DNA from: Heteronotia binoei
Taxonomy: Eukaryota
Length of the DNA: 64,000 bases
Direction: 5' to 3'
Assembly (NCBI RefSeq): GCF_032191835.1
Contig: NC_083238.1
Coordinates: 32,178,001-32,242,000 of the forward strand
The notes beneath the pieces were generated by a model that searched no databases, was not told the DNA's origin, and worked only from the letters and a program-made list of their open reading frames with translations. A program made the translations under genes and the position numbers. Shown here one piece after another: positions 62,270 through 64,000 of the stretch; positions within the stretch are counted from its first letter, which is position 1; every line of letters starts with the position of its first letter.

Positions 62270-64000
62270 TTGCCCCCCAAGTCGGAATAAAGAGACGGAC
62301 ACAATTAAATTGGTGAAAATATGGGCCACTTTTATTAAAATAACTAGCAACGGCAAGGGCAACCGAACTGCGGCCAGGTCAGGGCCAGGGGTCTCCTCAG
62401 ACCGCTCCCCTGCCTTTTTCAGCGGGCGAGAGACCCGGCCCCCCAGCCGGAGCTGTGAGCCACAGCTCCCGTTAGGCAGGCCCAGCAGGGAGGCTCGCAC
62501 CGGAGGGCCCAAACACCAGACGCGAGTCTCAGCGAAAGGCACCCATCCAATCGAGTCTCCAGGACAGTCTGCATTCACAAACCTCGAGCCACACCCAAGG
62601 TTGATCCTGACAGACCCCTAACTCCCCAAAAGGGGGAGGCTAACCGGTCCTCCCCAGGCCGCATGGTGCCATAACCCCGTAGAACCTGCCCTAAAAAGTG
62701 ACCAAACTCTACCAAGGCACCAACCCTAAGCCAATTCCTCAATCCACTGAAATGTTATGCAAGGTAGGCAAAAAACACCTCCCAGTCACATGCCAAAACG
62801 CCGGGGAGTGAAAAAATTCCTACCCGGCCCCTCCAAACGGAAGCGACCAGCAATTGCCTGCATAACAAACAGGGCGGGCGGGTGGGCCGAAAACGCCGGG
62901 AAGACTGCCGCGGCGCCGAGCGGGGCTTCAGCAACAGCGTTGAAGCCCCGCCCCCTCAGGACGCGCTCAAAAGCGCGTTGAAGATTCCGCTCTCCCTCCA
63001 AGGGGGGGCAAAACTTCCCCTTCAGCCAGGCTGCGATGCAGCGGGCTTCAGGAGGCTTCTTTGCCCCCCAAGTCGGAATAAAGAGACGGACACAATTAAA
63101 TTGGTGAAAATATGGGCCACTTTTATTAAAATAACTAGCAACGGCAAGGGCAACCGAACTGCGGCCAGGTCAGGGCCAGGGGTCTCCTCAGACCGCTCCC
63201 CTGCCTTTTTCAGCGGGCGAGAGACCCGGCCCCCCAGCCGGAGCTGTGAGCCACAGCTCCCGTTAGGCAGGCCCAGCAGGGAGGCTCGCACCGGAGGGCC
63301 CAAACACCAGACGCGAGTCTCAGCGAAAGGCACCCATCCAATCGAGTCTCCAGGACAGTCTGCATTCACAAACCTCGAGCCACACCCAAGGTTGATCCTG
63401 ACAGACCCCTAACTCCCCAAAAGGGGGAGGCTAACCGGTCCTCCCCAGGCCGCATGGTGCCATAACCCCGTAGAACCTGCCCTAAAAAGTGACCAAACTC
63501 TACCAAGGCACCAACCCTAAGCCAATTCCTCAATCCACTGAAATGTTATGCAAGGTAGGCAAAAAACACCTCCCAGTCACATGCCAAAACGCCGGGGAGT
63601 GAAAAAATTCCTACCCGGCCCCTCCAAACGGAAGCGACCAGCAATTGCCTGCATAACAAACAGGGCGGGCGGGTGGGCCGAAAACGCCGGGAAGACTGCC
63701 GCGGCGCCGAGCGGGGCTTCAGCAACAGCGTTGAAGCCCCGCCCCCTCAGGACGCGCTCAAAAGCGCGTTGAAGATTCCGCTCTCCCTCCAAGGGGGGGC
63801 AAAACTTCCCCTTCAGCCAGGCTGCGATGCAGCGGGCTTCAGGAGGCTTCTTTGCCCCCCAAGTCGGAATAAAGAGACGGACACAATTAAATTGGTGAAA
63901 ATATGGGCCACTTTTATTAAAATAACTAGCAACGGCAAGGGCAACCGAACTGCGGCCAGGTCAGGGCCAGGGGTCTCCTCAGACCGCTCCCCTGCCTTTT
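62270..64000 (-). repeat. 791-bp head-to-tail tandem repeat (at least 2.2 copies), Ngaro/DIRS-like terminal sequence
   Basis: tgccccccaagtcgg recurs at 62271, 63062 and 63853; units appear identical; CpG-rich; minus-strand AATAAA at 62331-62336. Confidence 0.9.

Larger units (their letters stand above)
39206..64000 (+). other. RAPGEF4: RAPGEF4 intron 1 (continues past window end)
   Basis: Starts at the GT donor. No exon encoding the expected ...EDVDIIFTRLKEVKAF... was found downstream by eye. Confidence 0.75.

Noticed and set aside
62234-63792. Repeated ORFs of 71-176 aa in the tandem array, and a CUGAGGA motif on the minus strand
   Set aside because: There are no recognisable protein motifs, and no stem II plus GAAA follows the CUGAGGA, so it is not a hammerhead.

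Overview
Vertebrate genomic DNA. The repeat content (Sauria SINE, Squam3-like and 5S-derived SINEs, BovB/RTE, CR1, L2, R4/Dong, hAT and Harbinger MITEs, Penelope-type relics) points to a squamate, most likely a gecko; this is an inference. The only host coding sequence I can support is the 65-bp first coding exon of RAPGEF4 (Epac2; MVAAHTSHPSSSNEWIACLDK-R, 39141-39205, +), inside a CpG-island promoter. I did not find exon 2, so 39206-64000 is taken as intron 1 and 1-38300 as upstream intergenic DNA. Almost all other ORFs in the track are transposon fragments or noise. The most unusual structures are: (1) an unnamed 1180-bp asymmetric inverted-repeat insert with a 14-bp TSD, built like the Penelope/hammerhead relics elsewhere in the window; (2) a 791-bp head-to-tail, CpG-rich, hairpin-rich tandem array resembling Ngaro/DIRS termini; (3) a TSD-flanked insert that looks like only the 5' end of an L1; (4) a 5'-inverted, RT-deleted non-L1 LINE; (5) hammerhead-core relics and a nested inverted duplication; (6) octamer-carrying hAT MITEs on both sides of the RAPGEF4 promoter. 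There is one assembly gap of 131 N. Family names come from remembered consensus motifs, not from database searches.
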